This document shows positions 1-11,320 of a stretch of DNA of 45,182 nucleotides, in pieces. This DNA comes from Octopus bimaculoides (taxonomy: Eukaryota). Both the position numbers and the translations under genes were made by a program. Below the pieces are notes generated by a model that saw only the letters and a program-made list of their open reading frames with translations, was not told the DNA's origin and did no database searches. The stretch covers positions 50,727,703 to 50,772,884 of the forward strand of contig NC_068991.1 in NCBI RefSeq assembly GCF_001194135.2, given 5' to 3'. The first letter of the stretch is position 1. Each line of letters opens with the position of its first letter.

Positions 1-75
1 ACTTAAATAGTGGAGGAGACATGTGTAAAATTTGAATGAAATTGGTTGTGTAGTTCTCGAGTTTTAGGGAAACAC

Positions 76-130
<55 letters not shown>

Positions 131-160
131 CACACACATTCTCATTTTTATATATATAGA
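1..160 (+). mobile_element. Probable 3' end of a non-autonomous Helitron-like (DINE-1/HINE/Lep1-type) element carrying a (CAGA)n microsatellite
   Basis: aaatttgaatgaaattggttgtgtagttctcgagtt, then (CAGA)n at 77-130, then ttttatatatataga. This layout matches my recollection of microsatellite-bearing Helitron derivatives; no database search was run. Confidence 0.45.
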
Positions 161-205
161 TATTTTTTGTCCAACTGTCTTAATATTTTACATATTTTTC
201 ATATA

Positions 206-398
206 TCATCATCAATTCACCGTTTTTTTTTCCCCAATAAAATACTTTTTAACTATTAATGGTGAGATACTATGGATATATTTTCTTGGTAAACTTTCCT
301 TGCAGTGAACTTCCTCGTGGTGAACTTTCTTCATGGTGAACTGATGGCAGTGAGCTTCCCCTGCAATGAATTGATGGTGGTGAACTTGCCTGTAATCA
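206..398. mobile_element. Foldback/MITE-like element, copy 1 (left arm truncated)
   Basis: Clear homology to 33086-33526 (atcaattcaccgttttt...ctattaatrgtgagatactatggata). It has ~17-bp ggtgaactttcctcat-like subrepeats, and its right end is the reverse complement of the left end of the 33 kb copy. Confidence 0.6.
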
Positions 399-1358
399 GG
401 TGTATAATTATCAGGTAAGAGGTTTGTTGGTGATTTTTCATTACATGGTAACATGGGTTTTGAACGAAGGATAACAGAAAATTGGTGATGTACCTGTATA
501 ATGAATCTATAAGGGGAACATAAAGAACTTCTTTTCTGCCAATTACTTGCCACAGAGCCACAACAATGATGCCCAGTCTCCTGAAAGCTGAATGGAAACT
601 ATCAACATTTATTTGTGTAACAATATATGATAGCACTTTCCTATTTAAACGTGCTAAATAACACAAGCAATGTTTAAAGACAAACAAACTTCACTGTTCA
701 TTGTTTTTCCAATAGTTGTGGAGTATTTTTCTGAATAGGCATTGTCCAGTTCCCAAGAGAATACTTAACTCAATTGACATTTGGTTGCTGTGTTTTCTGC
801 ATTCTCTGGATATTAAATGGAATGTAGTTATTATCTGTGTATACTAATGAAATAACTGGTCACACTATACAATCAATAACCAAACAATTGAAAATAAAAC
901 CACCATGGGGCTAGTTACTACAGTAACAACATTAATATCAACATTTGCACAGGGAATAACACAACGGAACAGACATTTTTCTTTGTTTGTGTGTTTTTAA
1001 CACTTGGTTTTTAATCTAATCAAATACAATTAGTCCTAAGAACATTTAAATTATCTTTATTTATGTTTGCTTCGATGGACCCTAGATTCACCTTAGCAGC
1101 AGATTTTTACTTCTCTATTTGGTAACAGTTATGTACAGAACATGTATTTCTGTAGATCTGGCTAAATTGAAATATCTTTATGTTGACTGAATGGATACAA
1201 AACTGTTTTACTTATAATTAGCTTTATGTATTTTAATCATGAAGCTGGAAAAACACTGGCTTAATGTCGAAGCTGTCATTCTCCTGACTTGTGACTGCTC
1301 AGCAGCTGTTTGGTAATAAATGCCTTTTATTGCAACTTTTGGTAAAATCATTAATATA

Positions 1359-1762
1359 GGCGCAGGAGTGGCTGTGTGGTAAGTAGCTTGCTTACCAACC
1401 ACATGGTTCTGGGTTCAGTCCCACTGCGTGGCACCTTGAGCAAATGTCTTCAACTATAGCCTCGGGCCGACCAAAGCCTTGTGAGTGGATTTGGTAGACA
1501 GAAACTGAAAGAAGCCCGTCGTATATATGTATATATATATGTATGTGTGTGTGTGTGTGTTTGTCCCCCCAACATCGCTTGACAACCGATGCTGGTGTGT
1601 TTACGTCCCCGTAACTTAGCAGTTCGGCAAAAAGAAACTGATAGAATAAGTACTAGGCTTACAAAGAATAAGTCTTGGGGTCGATTTACTCGACTAAAGG
1701 TGGTGCTCCAGCACGGCTGCAGTCAAATGACTGAAACAAGTAAAAGAATAAAAGAGTAAAAG
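1359..1762 (+). mobile_element. SINE-A (tRNA-like head, CORE-like ccttgggcaagt block, internal TA/TG microsatellite, aaaagagt tail)
   Basis: Same ~400-bp sequence recurs about ten times in the window. A-box-like tggctgtgtgg and B-box-like gggttcagtccc are present. Confidence 0.9.
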
Positions 1763-1819
1763 TGTATATCTGCCTCATTGTAAGCTACTTGAAACTTAAA
1801 TAAAAAATACATTTTTTTA

Positions 1820-2035
1820 TAAGGCACCTGGTGGTATATAAAGGTAACTTGTACCAGTGACAAGTAAAAGATACTTGTACTGGTGTCATGTTAAAGGCAC
1901 CTGGACCAGTGACAAGTAAAATATATCCAATACACTCTATGGAGTGGTTGGTGTTAAGAAGGGCATCCAGCCATAGAAATCGAACCAAAACAGACTGGAG
2001 CTTAGTGCAGCTCTCCAACTTACCAGCAGGTTTGG
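1820..2035 (+). mobile_element. Degenerate RTE-clade LINE 3' UTR fragment
   Basis: ggttggtgttaagaagggcatccagccatagaaa matches the conserved block in the RTE 3' UTR copies at 6115-6470, 13768 and 14603. Confidence 0.6.
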
Positions 2036-2253
2036 ATGCAAAATTCTTACTACACAGTCATACCTATATAATTCAAAATAATGGTGAAAGATGTGTACAA
2101 CAATTAAGGAAAAGGACATAATATGAACATGGAGAAAACCATTTCATCAACCAAGGATTATTCCAGAATCCTGAGGATTTCAGTACTTGGAAAAAAGTTG
2201 ATATCCTTCATCTGGAAAGTGCCAGAGTTTCAGCACAATATAGTGAAGACAGT

Positions 2254-2645
2254 GGAGGCACAATGGCCTAGTGGTTAGGGCAGCAAACTCGTGGTCATAG
2301 GATCGCGGTTTCGATTCCCAGACCGGGCGTTGTGAGTGTTTATTGAGCGAAAACACCTAAAGCTCCACGAGGCTCTGGCAGGGGATGGTGGCGAACCCTG
2401 CTGTACTCTTTCACCACAACTTTCTCTCACTCTTACTTCCTGTTTCTGTTGTGCCTGTAATTCAAAGGACCAGCCTTGTCACACTGTGTCACGCTGAATA
2501 TCCCCAAGAACTACGTTAAGGGTACATGTGTCTGTGGAGTGCTCAGCCACTTGCACGTTAATTTCACGAGCAGGCTGTTCCGTTGATCGGATCAACTGGA
2601 ACCCTCGACGTTGTAAGCGACGGAGTGCCAACACAAAAAACAAAA
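2254..2645 (+). mobile_element. SINE-C (tRNA-derived head)
   Basis: A box tggcctagtgg and B box ggtttcgattccc. The 3' half is shared with the copy at 11004; it ends in an A/C-rich tail. Confidence 0.85.
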
Positions 2646-3732
2646 TGACGACAAGCTGAAGATGTTAAAAAACTTAGGGATGAAAATGGAGATGATGAAG
2701 ACAAAAGTTGATAGAAAAAAACAACAAACAAACCTAGAGTATAAAAACAACAAACAAATCTAGAGTATAAGTCATTTAACTTAAATTGGAACAAACCTGG
2801 AAAATAACAGTGTAAATAGAAAATAGAAAAACAGACATTTATTTGGATGTACAACTTGAATGGAGAAGAGAAAAATATTGGACAGGAATGGTCAGTAAGA
2901 GAAAAGGCTGACAGAAAGGAATGTTGGATACCAGCAGGAACAGGGGGAGAGAGAGAGAAAGGTAGAAAGAGTGTGTGTAATATAGAGTGAGAGGGAATAG
3001 TGAGAGAGAAGTGCAGCAGAAAGTTACCAAAGTGACTCAAGGGCCGATCAGTTTGGTCCAGTGGGATGCATGAATTTCTCTGTCCTTAAGTCACATTTGT
3101 AACTTTCTGCTAATCAAAAAATAAAAAAATGTATTTATTTATGCACTTAGCTTCTGTTTCTCCTGTTTGTTCTACTAAATCTCTCTTTCTCCTTCCCTCT
3201 CTCTCCTTATCTCTCTCTCTATATATATATGTATGTGTGTGTGTGCAAGTGTTTATATGTGTGTGTTTATATATGCACGTGTATGTGAGCATGTGTGTAT
3301 GTATATGTATGTGTCTGTATCCATTTATATTTACACTGATTTTGCCTTTGCTGTATCCCTTTCCGTACTGTAACTTAGCAGCCTAACATAGAGATTGATA
3401 AAATAAGGTGTAGTGGTTTCATGGATCATGAGAAAATTCTGATTCATCATTTAGATATTTATTCCTTGTTTAGTTTACTGTTCAGTTAAGATAGGATCAA
3501 CAAAAAAAGAACTCCATCCAGTGAGAAATAAATATCATTTGATATACACTGCATTAAATTATGAGCTACTAACAGTCTCTAGTCATTGAGACACATCGTT
3601 ATATAGGTTTATGCTATAGCATAAAGCTCGTTAACCACATGTCTTAATGGTGAGAAACTATTAGTATCTCTCCTTTTAATACAGTGTACATTAAATGATA
3701 TTTATTCATTGTTTATATATTTATTTATCAAT

Positions 3733-4131
3733 GGCACAGGAGTGGCTGTGTGGTAAGTAGCTTGCTTACCAACCACATGGTTCCGAGTTCAGTCCCACTG
3801 CGTGGCCCCTTGGGCAAGTGTCTTCTACTATAGCCTCGGACCGACAAAAGGCTTGTGAGTGGATTTGGTAGGTGGAAACTGAAAGAAGCCTGTCATATAT
3901 ATGTATATATATATATGTGTGTTTGTGTGTCTGTGTTTGTCTCCGCAACATCGATTGATAACCGATGCTGGTGTGTTTACGTCCCCGTAACTTAGCAGTT
4001 CGGCAAAAGAGACCGATAGAATAAGAACTAGGCTTACAAAGAATAAGTCCTGGGGGCGATTTGCTCAACCAAAGGCGGTGCTCCAGCATGACCACAGTCA
4101 AATGACTGAAACAAGTAAAAGAGTAAAGAGT
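3733..4131 (+). mobile_element. SINE-A
   Basis: Full-length homology to 1359-1762. Confidence 0.9.
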
Positions 4132-4589
4132 AATGGTGGTGGTAGTGATGGTTGTTGTAGTGGAGGCAACAGACTTTCTTTTAGAAGACATCCATAAAAC
4201 AGAACCTATTTAGCACCTTTCTTTGAAGTCTCTCAATGGTTTTAGACTTCTCACTTGAAATGGAAAAGGAAACGTGTCTAGAAAATTCAACTTGAATCTT
4301 GTATTTAAAGCATTGGTCTGCAACGGAGAGGGATGGGAGTGGTTTGTTATTTCCTCTTTTGTCTTCTCCTGTTTTACTACCTTGTTTTAAAGGAAATCAA
4401 ACTGTTTTAGCAGATAAACATAACATCTGGCTGCTCCAAGCCTTGTTTAGTTTACGAACATTTTCACTGGAAAATAACGAAGCTATTTAAGGAAACTCAG
4501 TTATTTGTTCGAATAGTGTTTCTTATCGTTCTTCAATGTTTTAGATGTGTTTAAATCAGTTGCAACATCTACAATTATTAAGCTATTAT

Positions 4590-4965
4590 TTTAAATAAAT
4601 AGGTGAAAAAAAAGGTAAATAAAAAAAAAACGAAGGCAAAGAAAAGAGAGGTGCAAAGAAAAGGCAGGTTATAGGGGTCTGAAATTTGGGTGGGGGATTG
4701 GTGGTAGGGATGTTTAAAAAAGAGAAAGAAGAAAAAGGCAAAAAAGAAAGGAGGAAAAGAAGAAGAAGAAGAAGAAGAAGAAGAAGAAGAAGAAGAAGAA
4801 GAAGAAAAAGAAGGAAAACAAAAGAAAACAAAGAAATGATGGTAAAGATGATGATGAGAAAGGATTAAAAGAAAGTGAATCATGCAGAGAATCTAATCTA
4901 AGGAGGAAGTAAAAAAAAAAAGAAGACAAGAAAGAAGGTTCAAAAAACTAAAAAGGGAGAAAAAG
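4590..4965. repeat. Purine-rich low-complexity tract with (GAA)n at ~4759-4806
   Basis: Visible directly in sequence. Confidence 0.9.
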
Positions 4966-4984
4966 AAGGGGGATGGCGTTGTTG

Positions 4985-5522
4985 TTATTGGTGGTGGTGG
5001 TGGCAATGGTAGTAGTGGAGGAGGAGGAGGTGATGGTGGTGGTGGCATTGACTCGCCACCTTCTGCCTTTGGTGATTACATTTTATAGGAAAGAACATTT
5101 GTTTCTTCTCTGGTATTTACACAACCACTAACATTTTTTTTACCACTGATTAGTAAAAAAATTCAACTACAACCAACACTGCTAATACCACCACCACTGC
5201 CACCACACCATCATTACCACCACCACCGCCGCCACACCATCATTACCACCACCACCATGTACTCACCACCAGCGACACCATCACCACCAGCAGCACTACT
5301 AGCACCAGCACCACCACCACCAGCACCACCACCATCCACTACTACCATCCACACTCCACCACCACCACCACCATCACACCACAACCACTATCATTACTAA
5401 CACCACTATGTACTCACCACCACCATCCACATCGCCACCATGACGATGATGGTGATGACGACCACTACCACTATGACCATAACGACGACGACGACCACCA
5501 CCACCACCAGCACTCCCCACCA
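4985..5522. repeat. Degenerate (GGT)n tract followed by a long (CAC/ACC)n tract
   Basis: Visible directly in sequence. Confidence 0.85.
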
Positions 5523-6081
5523 CCCCGTGTTACAAAAGCAAGAGTTTGTAGGTTATTAATGGTGTGTGTTGGTTTGGAATGGTGAAATGGAGGGCTGGGC
5601 GGTTTGGGTGGTGGAAAGTAAACAAATGAGGTGTAATATGGGTGCAGCGTAAAAGGAAGTAAAAAATACGAGGGTTTTCATTAAGCTACTCTGATGGAAT
5701 GTTTGCTCTTCTCTTCTGAGTAATTAGCAACTCATCAGGATGGATGAGAACGAATTGTTTGTTGTTTTTTCTGTTGCTTATACTAAAAACATTAAAAATA
5801 TTGCTGAGATAAGTCATCATTTGAAACTAACTTTCTTTTAGATGATGGAAGAATATTGTTTTTCTTCTTGTCATCTTTATTTTGTAGAGTTGTAGTTGAT
5901 AAGATGTTATATTGATGGACAGAAGGTGAAGGGCTCGCTGTATTTAGATTTATAACTAGGTACTATAAATAGGTACTATAGCTAGGGTACCATAATCCAT
6001 TATAGTAAGTAGAAGGAATACTGTTTTTGTTCTTGTCATCTTTATTTTGTACATCTCCAGCATTAGAAGCTGTGCAAAGGC

Positions 6082-6114
<33 letters not shown>

Positions 6115-6470
6115 CATCATCGTCGTTTAACGTCCGCTTTCCATGCTAGCATGGGTTGGACAATTTAACTGAGGACTGGTGAAACCAGATGGCTACACCA
6201 GGCTCCAATCTGATTTGGCAGAGTTTTTACAGCTGGATGCCCTTCCTAACGCCAACCACTCAGAGAGTGTAGTGGGTGCTTTTACGTGCCACCGGCACGA
6301 AGGCCAGTCAGGCAGTACTGGCAATGGCCACGCTCAAAATGGTGTATTTTATGTGCCACCCGCACAAGAGCCAGTCCAGGGGCACTGGCAACGATCTCTC
6401 TCAAAAGTCCTTACACATGCCGCGGGCACAAGTGCCAGAAAGGCGACGCTGGGCACAGGTGCCTTCACGA
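6115..6470 (-). mobile_element. RTE-clade LINE 3' UTR with (GAT)n tail, next to an (AAT)n tract at 6082-6114
   Basis: Reverse complement continues directly from the RTE ORF stop seen at 17914-18191 (gagatcgttgccagtgcccctggactggctcttgtgcgggtggcac...) and ends ...ggacgttaaacgacgatgatg. Confidence 0.8.
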
Positions 6471-6489
6471 TTTCGCTTTCCCCAATAAG

Positions 6490-7400
6490 TCTTCGCAAGC
6501 TAAGTTTCGTGTCCAATGAAGGAGATAGACCAGGAAGCATCATGGAGGTGGCTTAACAAGGGTGACCTAAAAAAGAATACTGAAAGCTTAATCATTGCTG
6601 CCCAAGACCAGGCATTGAATACCTTCTCAGTGAAAAAGAATATATGCCACACATGTGCAACAGTCCCCTGTAGAATGTATGGGAAGAGGATCAAAAGCGT
6701 GACTCACATTGTTAGTGCTTGTGAAAGTCTTGTGCAGAAAGAGTACAAGCATAGACATGACAAGGTAGCCCAAAACTTCCACTGGCTACTATGCTGTAAG
6801 TATGGCTATGAGGTTATGGGTGCTTGGAACCAACATACACCTGAAAAGGTAATGGATGAAAAGGAGAAGGTAAAAATTCTCTGGAACTTTGACTTCCAGA
6901 CAGACAAGGTATTAGAGCACTGAAGGCTGGATGTAATAACCTTTAGGAGGGACAAGCAAGAGTGCCTAATAATTGACGTAGCAGTGCCAGGAGATCAACA
7001 TATCATAATGAAAGAAAGAGAAAAGGTTGATAAATATGGAGACCTGAGAATTGAGATTGCTGAGATGCGGCAGCTATGAGAGTCAAACATAAAGTTTATC
7101 CTATTGTCATAAGAGCATTGAGTTCAATACCACACAATCTGAAAAAAAAAATCTGAAAACTTTAGAAATACCCTAAAATTTAGGTGTATTGCAAAAGTCA
7201 GGGTTACTTGGAACTGCATGCACGTTGCATAAAGAACTGTCTGTCTGAGGTCCTTGTTGTGACTTGACAAACAGTACAAACCCACGGTAGACACAATATC
7301 TTCAATCAACAACCTCACAATATTATACACTGTGTGACAGCTATAATAATAATAATAATAATAATGATGATAATGATAATAATAATAATAATAATAATAA
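6490..7400 (+). mobile_element. 5'-truncated RLE-type non-LTR retrotransposon (R4/Dong-like), fragment A, with (TAA)n tail
   Basis: Translates to WLNKGDLKKNTESLIIAAQDQAL, a degenerate CCHC knuckle (CRMY..SVTHIVSAC), KHRHDKVA, ILWNFDFQTD and IIDVAVPGD...KY. Contains stops and frameshifts; (TAA)n at 7343-7400. Confidence 0.85.
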
Positions 7401-7544
7401 ATGAAATAAGAATAAATGAAGGAGATGGTATTTATCATGCTACTATAAAGGAAAAAGAAAAAAGGAGTACTATAGGAGAATAAGACTTGTACTGAAGACT
7501 GAATTCAACTAAAAAAATTGCGTCGAAGCCATTAACACCCTGGC

Positions 7545-9200
7545 ACTTCCAACAGTTTGATACTGTTTTAACATCACTGACTGGAATCCTATGGAACTCC
7601 AATGCTGGGACAGGAAAACTAGAAAATTATTGACATCTAAGAACATGCACCATCCAAAAGCAGACGTTGACTGTCTGCACCTATGTAGTGGGGTGAAGAG
7701 GAATAATGCAATTAGAACTGTGCTATAAGACCTTCACAATAGCAATGAATAGGTGTTTATCTAGTAAAGAGGACTGGATGCTGCAACTTGTGTACAAACA
7801 TAAAAATAGCAAAAAGTCATATTCTAATGTCAAGGAAGCTTATAAATTCGCAAGGGAACTTGCATCGACCCTGAATTAGATGAAGAACCTGAAACCACTG
7901 CCACCAAGCAAGCAAAAATGAATCAAGCAGACTGCAAAAAAATGAATGGGCAAAAACAAATTGAGGAGTGGTGGAGCCAGAAGACCCTGCATGGACAATA
8001 TATTCTTCAAAGTCAAAATGCTAATGTAGACCAAGTAACAACCCATCAGTGGCTGAGAAGTTTAGGACTGAAAACAGAGACTGAAGGTCAAAGTTTGCTT
8101 ATCAGAAACTACTAGACTAAAAGGCGGCGAGTTGGCAGAAACGTTAGCACGCTGGGTGAAATGCTTGGTGGTATTTTGTCTGCTGTTATGTTCTGAGTTC
8201 AAATTCTGCTGAGGTTGACTCTACCTTTTATCCTTTTGGGGGTCGATAAATTAAGTACCAGTTACACACTGGGGTCGATGTAATTGACTTAATCTCTTTG
8301 TCTGTTCTTGTTTAGCCTCTACGTTTAGCCCCTTGTGGGCAATAAAGAAATAAGAAACTACTAGGCTAACCTTCTTGAAAATGGTACTGACACTAGATGT
8401 AGATTCTGCAACACATTTAATGAAACAATTAACCATCTCATTTCCAGATGTCCTGTGCTGATATCAAGCAAATACAAAAATTGCTACGATGGGGTGGGAC
8501 AGTACTTACATTGGAAAATATGTAAACACTACAAAATTGACACTCCTGCTTACTTGTATGAACATCATCCTGAACCAGTCATTGAAAGTAAAAATATCAC
8601 TATCCTCTGGGATTTTTCAGTCAACACTGACAGAATGGTCCAGACTAATCGACCAGACATAATTATTAAAGACAAAGAAGAAAATACTATTAGACTAATA
8701 GATGTAAGTGTTCCCACCGATAAAGATATATCTGTAAAGGAATTTGACAACCTTAGTAAATATAAGGACCGGGAAATTGAAATACAACAGATGTGGCATT
8801 TTAAAGCAAAAACTGTTCCTGTTATTGTGGGTGCCTTATGTATGATAAAAAAAGGGATGACAGAAACATTTTGACAACATCCCAGGAGAACTATATCTCA
8901 GAGAAATCCAAAAGATTGTGTTGACAAGTACAGCCCACATCCTTAGAAAAACCCTGTCAATTTAAATGTCTGTGTTGTATTACATGGAAATATCATGCTA
9001 CTGCCCCTGCCACTCCCTACACCAAGTTTTCAGTTATACTGTAACATCTCTTATCCTTCACTTGCCCTAGGGTTCTGGGTGTGTCTCAGCAAGTGATTGC
9101 AACAAACATACAGATTAAAAGTAAATAACAATAGCAACAACAACAACAACAACAACAACAATTATAATAATAATAATAATAATAATAATGATAGCAATAA
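7545..9200 (+). mobile_element. 5'-truncated RLE-type LINE (R4/Dong-like), fragment B, interrupted by SINE-B
   Basis: HHPKADVDCL, LHGQY, WLRSLGLKTETEG, CCHC knuckle CRFC-X8-H-X4-C, and RLE motif NRPDIII...IDVSVP...KY. The frame ends IQKIVLTSTAHILRKTLSI* (stop 8963-8965), followed by 3' UTR and an (AAC)n(AAT)n tail. Confidence 0.9.
8121..8352 (+). mobile_element. SINE-B (tail type 1) flanked by a 17-bp TSD
   Basis: TSD agaaactactag(a/g)ctaa at 8104-8120 and 8353-8369. B-box-like gagttcaaattc. Homologous to 33226-33459. Confidence 0.9.
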
Positions 9201-9412
9201 TAATCCTTTCTTCAATAGGCACAAGGCTTGAAATTTGGGGTAGGGGGATAAGTGATTAAATTAATCCCAGTATTCAATTGGTCCTTATTTTATTTTAAAG
9301 GAATGAAAAGCAAAGTTGACCTCAGCAGAATTTGAACTCAGAATGTGAAGATGGATGAAATACCACCAAGTATTTTGCCTGGCATGCTAACAATTCTGCC
9401 AGCTTGCCACTT
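9198..9412 (-). mobile_element. SINE-B (tail type 3)
   Basis: Reverse complement of the SINE-B head/body, with tail aaatttcaagccttgtgcctattgaagaaaggattatt. Confidence 0.8.
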
Positions 9413-9519
9413 TAATAATGATGATAATAATAATAATGATGGTGATGATGATGATGGTTTCCAGAGCCAACACCTTGCTTTCAGTCCCAGCAGACCATCG
9501 GTGCCTGATGGTCTGCTGA

Positions 9520-10195
9520 TAGTTTGACTGGCTTCAAAGCTGAAAGCCAGAAACATAATTTCAGCAATAAATTCTTACGCAATTGCATTAGATTGGTATG
9601 GCACTGGAATCCTGAAGTGGATAGAAGAGGAGCTAAAGGAGATGGACAGGAAGTCAAGAAAGTTCCTAACAATGCATGGAGCCCATTATCCATGTGCAGA
9701 TGCTGATCACCTATGCATGAAGTAAACAAATGGAGGAAGGGAACTGATAAGTGTGGAAGACTGTGTATGTATCGAACTTGAGAGCTTAATGAAATACCTA
9801 ACCCAAAGTGCTAGTGTCAGTTAGGAATGAGGGAATATTGAAAGTGGAAAAAAAGGAAAAACAAAGTACAAAAAGGAGATGAAGAAGTGTTATGCAACAA
9901 GGGACTACACAATCTATTCCATGTAGCCACAACAGAAGTTGTTGGAAAAAATAGATGAGATTGACTGAAGAAAGGAACACTAAAGAAAGAGACTGAGAGC
10001 ACTATACTAGCTGCGCAAGACCAAGCTTTGCCCATGAATTGGAGGGTCAACCTTAGGAATGAACAAGTGTCTCTGTTGCGCCACATCTGTAATAGAGTGG
10101 ACGAAACCATTGCCCATATCATGAACGAATGCCCTAGATTTGCCCAAAACCACTACAAGTTGTGGCAACATGATCAGGTAGTGAAATCTGCCACT
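9520..10195 (+). mobile_element. RLE-type LINE (R4/Dong-like) fragment C, a different subfamily, truncated at both ends
   Basis: SKLKARNIISAINSYA, EELKEMDRKSRKFLTMHGAHYP, GGRELISVEDCV, WLKKGTLKKETESTILAAQDQAL, degenerate knuckle HIC..DETIAHIMNECP. Confidence 0.8.
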
Positions 10196-10217
10196 TTAAT
10201 GTGGCTACATACTTTAC

Positions 10218-10268
<51 letters not shown>

Positions 10269-10594
10269 GCAATAAGAAAATGGAGGGGATTAATAGGTGG
10301 TATTCATCAGCTTGCAGACATTGTCAATTTATATATAGATATATATAAAACAAATGGAGCCAAATGAATTGAAAATCAAGTGTCTTGACTAAACACTTCA
10401 TCCAAGCTATCAGTTGTTCAACCAATAAAAATCTGTTCACTCAAGTTTCCAGTGTCCTATTCAGTCTAGCAGTAATATCCTGTTTACTCTGTTTAGCTGA
10501 TGATTCACTCTGACCAAATGAAAATGTGTTATTCTAACTCCTCATAATTCAGTCATTAATACCAAAATTCAATCCAGATGTTTCCATGTAGCAT

Positions 10595-10822
10595 TTAATC
10601 CTTTAGCGTTCAGAGTATTCTCTCAAATGTAATGCTTATTTATTCATATTGTTTTGAATTAATCTTGCATTATCTTCTAGCTTTGAAATTTTGATGATGA
10701 AATTGTTAATTTTTAGAATGATATTGTAGGGTTGGTGTGAAAGGCAAAATCTGATCAGTTGGGGCATAAAACAGGTAGAATATTTTGGCTGGATATAGCT
10801 GGTTTAAAGGCTAAAGGGTTAA
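10595..10822. mobile_element. piggyBac-like MITE (220 bp between TTAA sites)
   Basis: TTAA|tcctttagcg ... gctaaaggg|TTAA, with TTAA at 10595-10598 and 10819-10822. The short TIR begins (C/T)CC; no ORF. Confidence 0.7.
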
Positions 10823-11003
10823 GATACTTTACCTGTACAAATTTAACCTAAACATCTGCTCTGAGTATATCTGGAAGAGAAAAGAAATGTGGGGGTTGTA
10901 CTGTGTAAAATTTTCAAGATCATGCTTTGTAGCTTTGTTTTAAAATTAATTTCATAATTATCAATCCTAGCATAATAATCAATTGATTAATTGTTTGAGA
11001 TGT

Positions 11004-11320
11004 GGAGGCACGTTGCTTAGATGTTAGGGAATTTGGTTTATGATTGCATGGTTGTGAGTTCAATTCTCAACAGCACGTTTTGTCCTTGAGCAAGGTACTA
11101 TTTCACATTGCTCCAGTTCACTCAGCTGGCAAAAACGAGTTGTACCTGTAATTCAAAGGGCCAGCCCTGCCACATTGTGTGTCATGCTGAATATCCCTGT
11201 GAACTATGTTATGGGTTTGTGTGTCTGTGGAGTGCTCAGCCGCTGACACATTAATTTCACAAGTTGGCTGTTCCATTGACTGGATTAACCAGATCCCTTG
11301 TTATAACTGATGGCATTCTA
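11004..11320 (+). mobile_element. SINE-C-related element (different middle, same 3' module)
   Basis: cctgtaattcaaagggccagcc...tgtctgtggagtgctcagcc...ggctgttccattga is shared with 2254-2645. It also has a CORE-like gtccttgagcaagg block. Confidence 0.75.

Noticed and set aside
2254-2330. tRNA-like sequence with A and B boxes
   Set aside because: No complete cloverleaf or terminator, and it continues into a repeated SINE body; it is a SINE head, not a tRNA gene.
4578-4929. ORFs made of poly-S/L/F/R, or HT/YI/VC repeats (here and at many microsatellites)
   Set aside because: Translations of simple repeats, with no domain evidence.
5665-5745. Minus-strand CTGATGAG...GAAA resembling a second hammerhead
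   Set aside because: Stem II closes G-U with bulges, there is an extra A after GAAA, and no stem I partner exists.
5848-6051. ~38-bp imperfect direct repeat (5848-5886 and 6012-6051)
   Set aside because: Short AT-rich local duplication with no TSD, ORF or LTR features.
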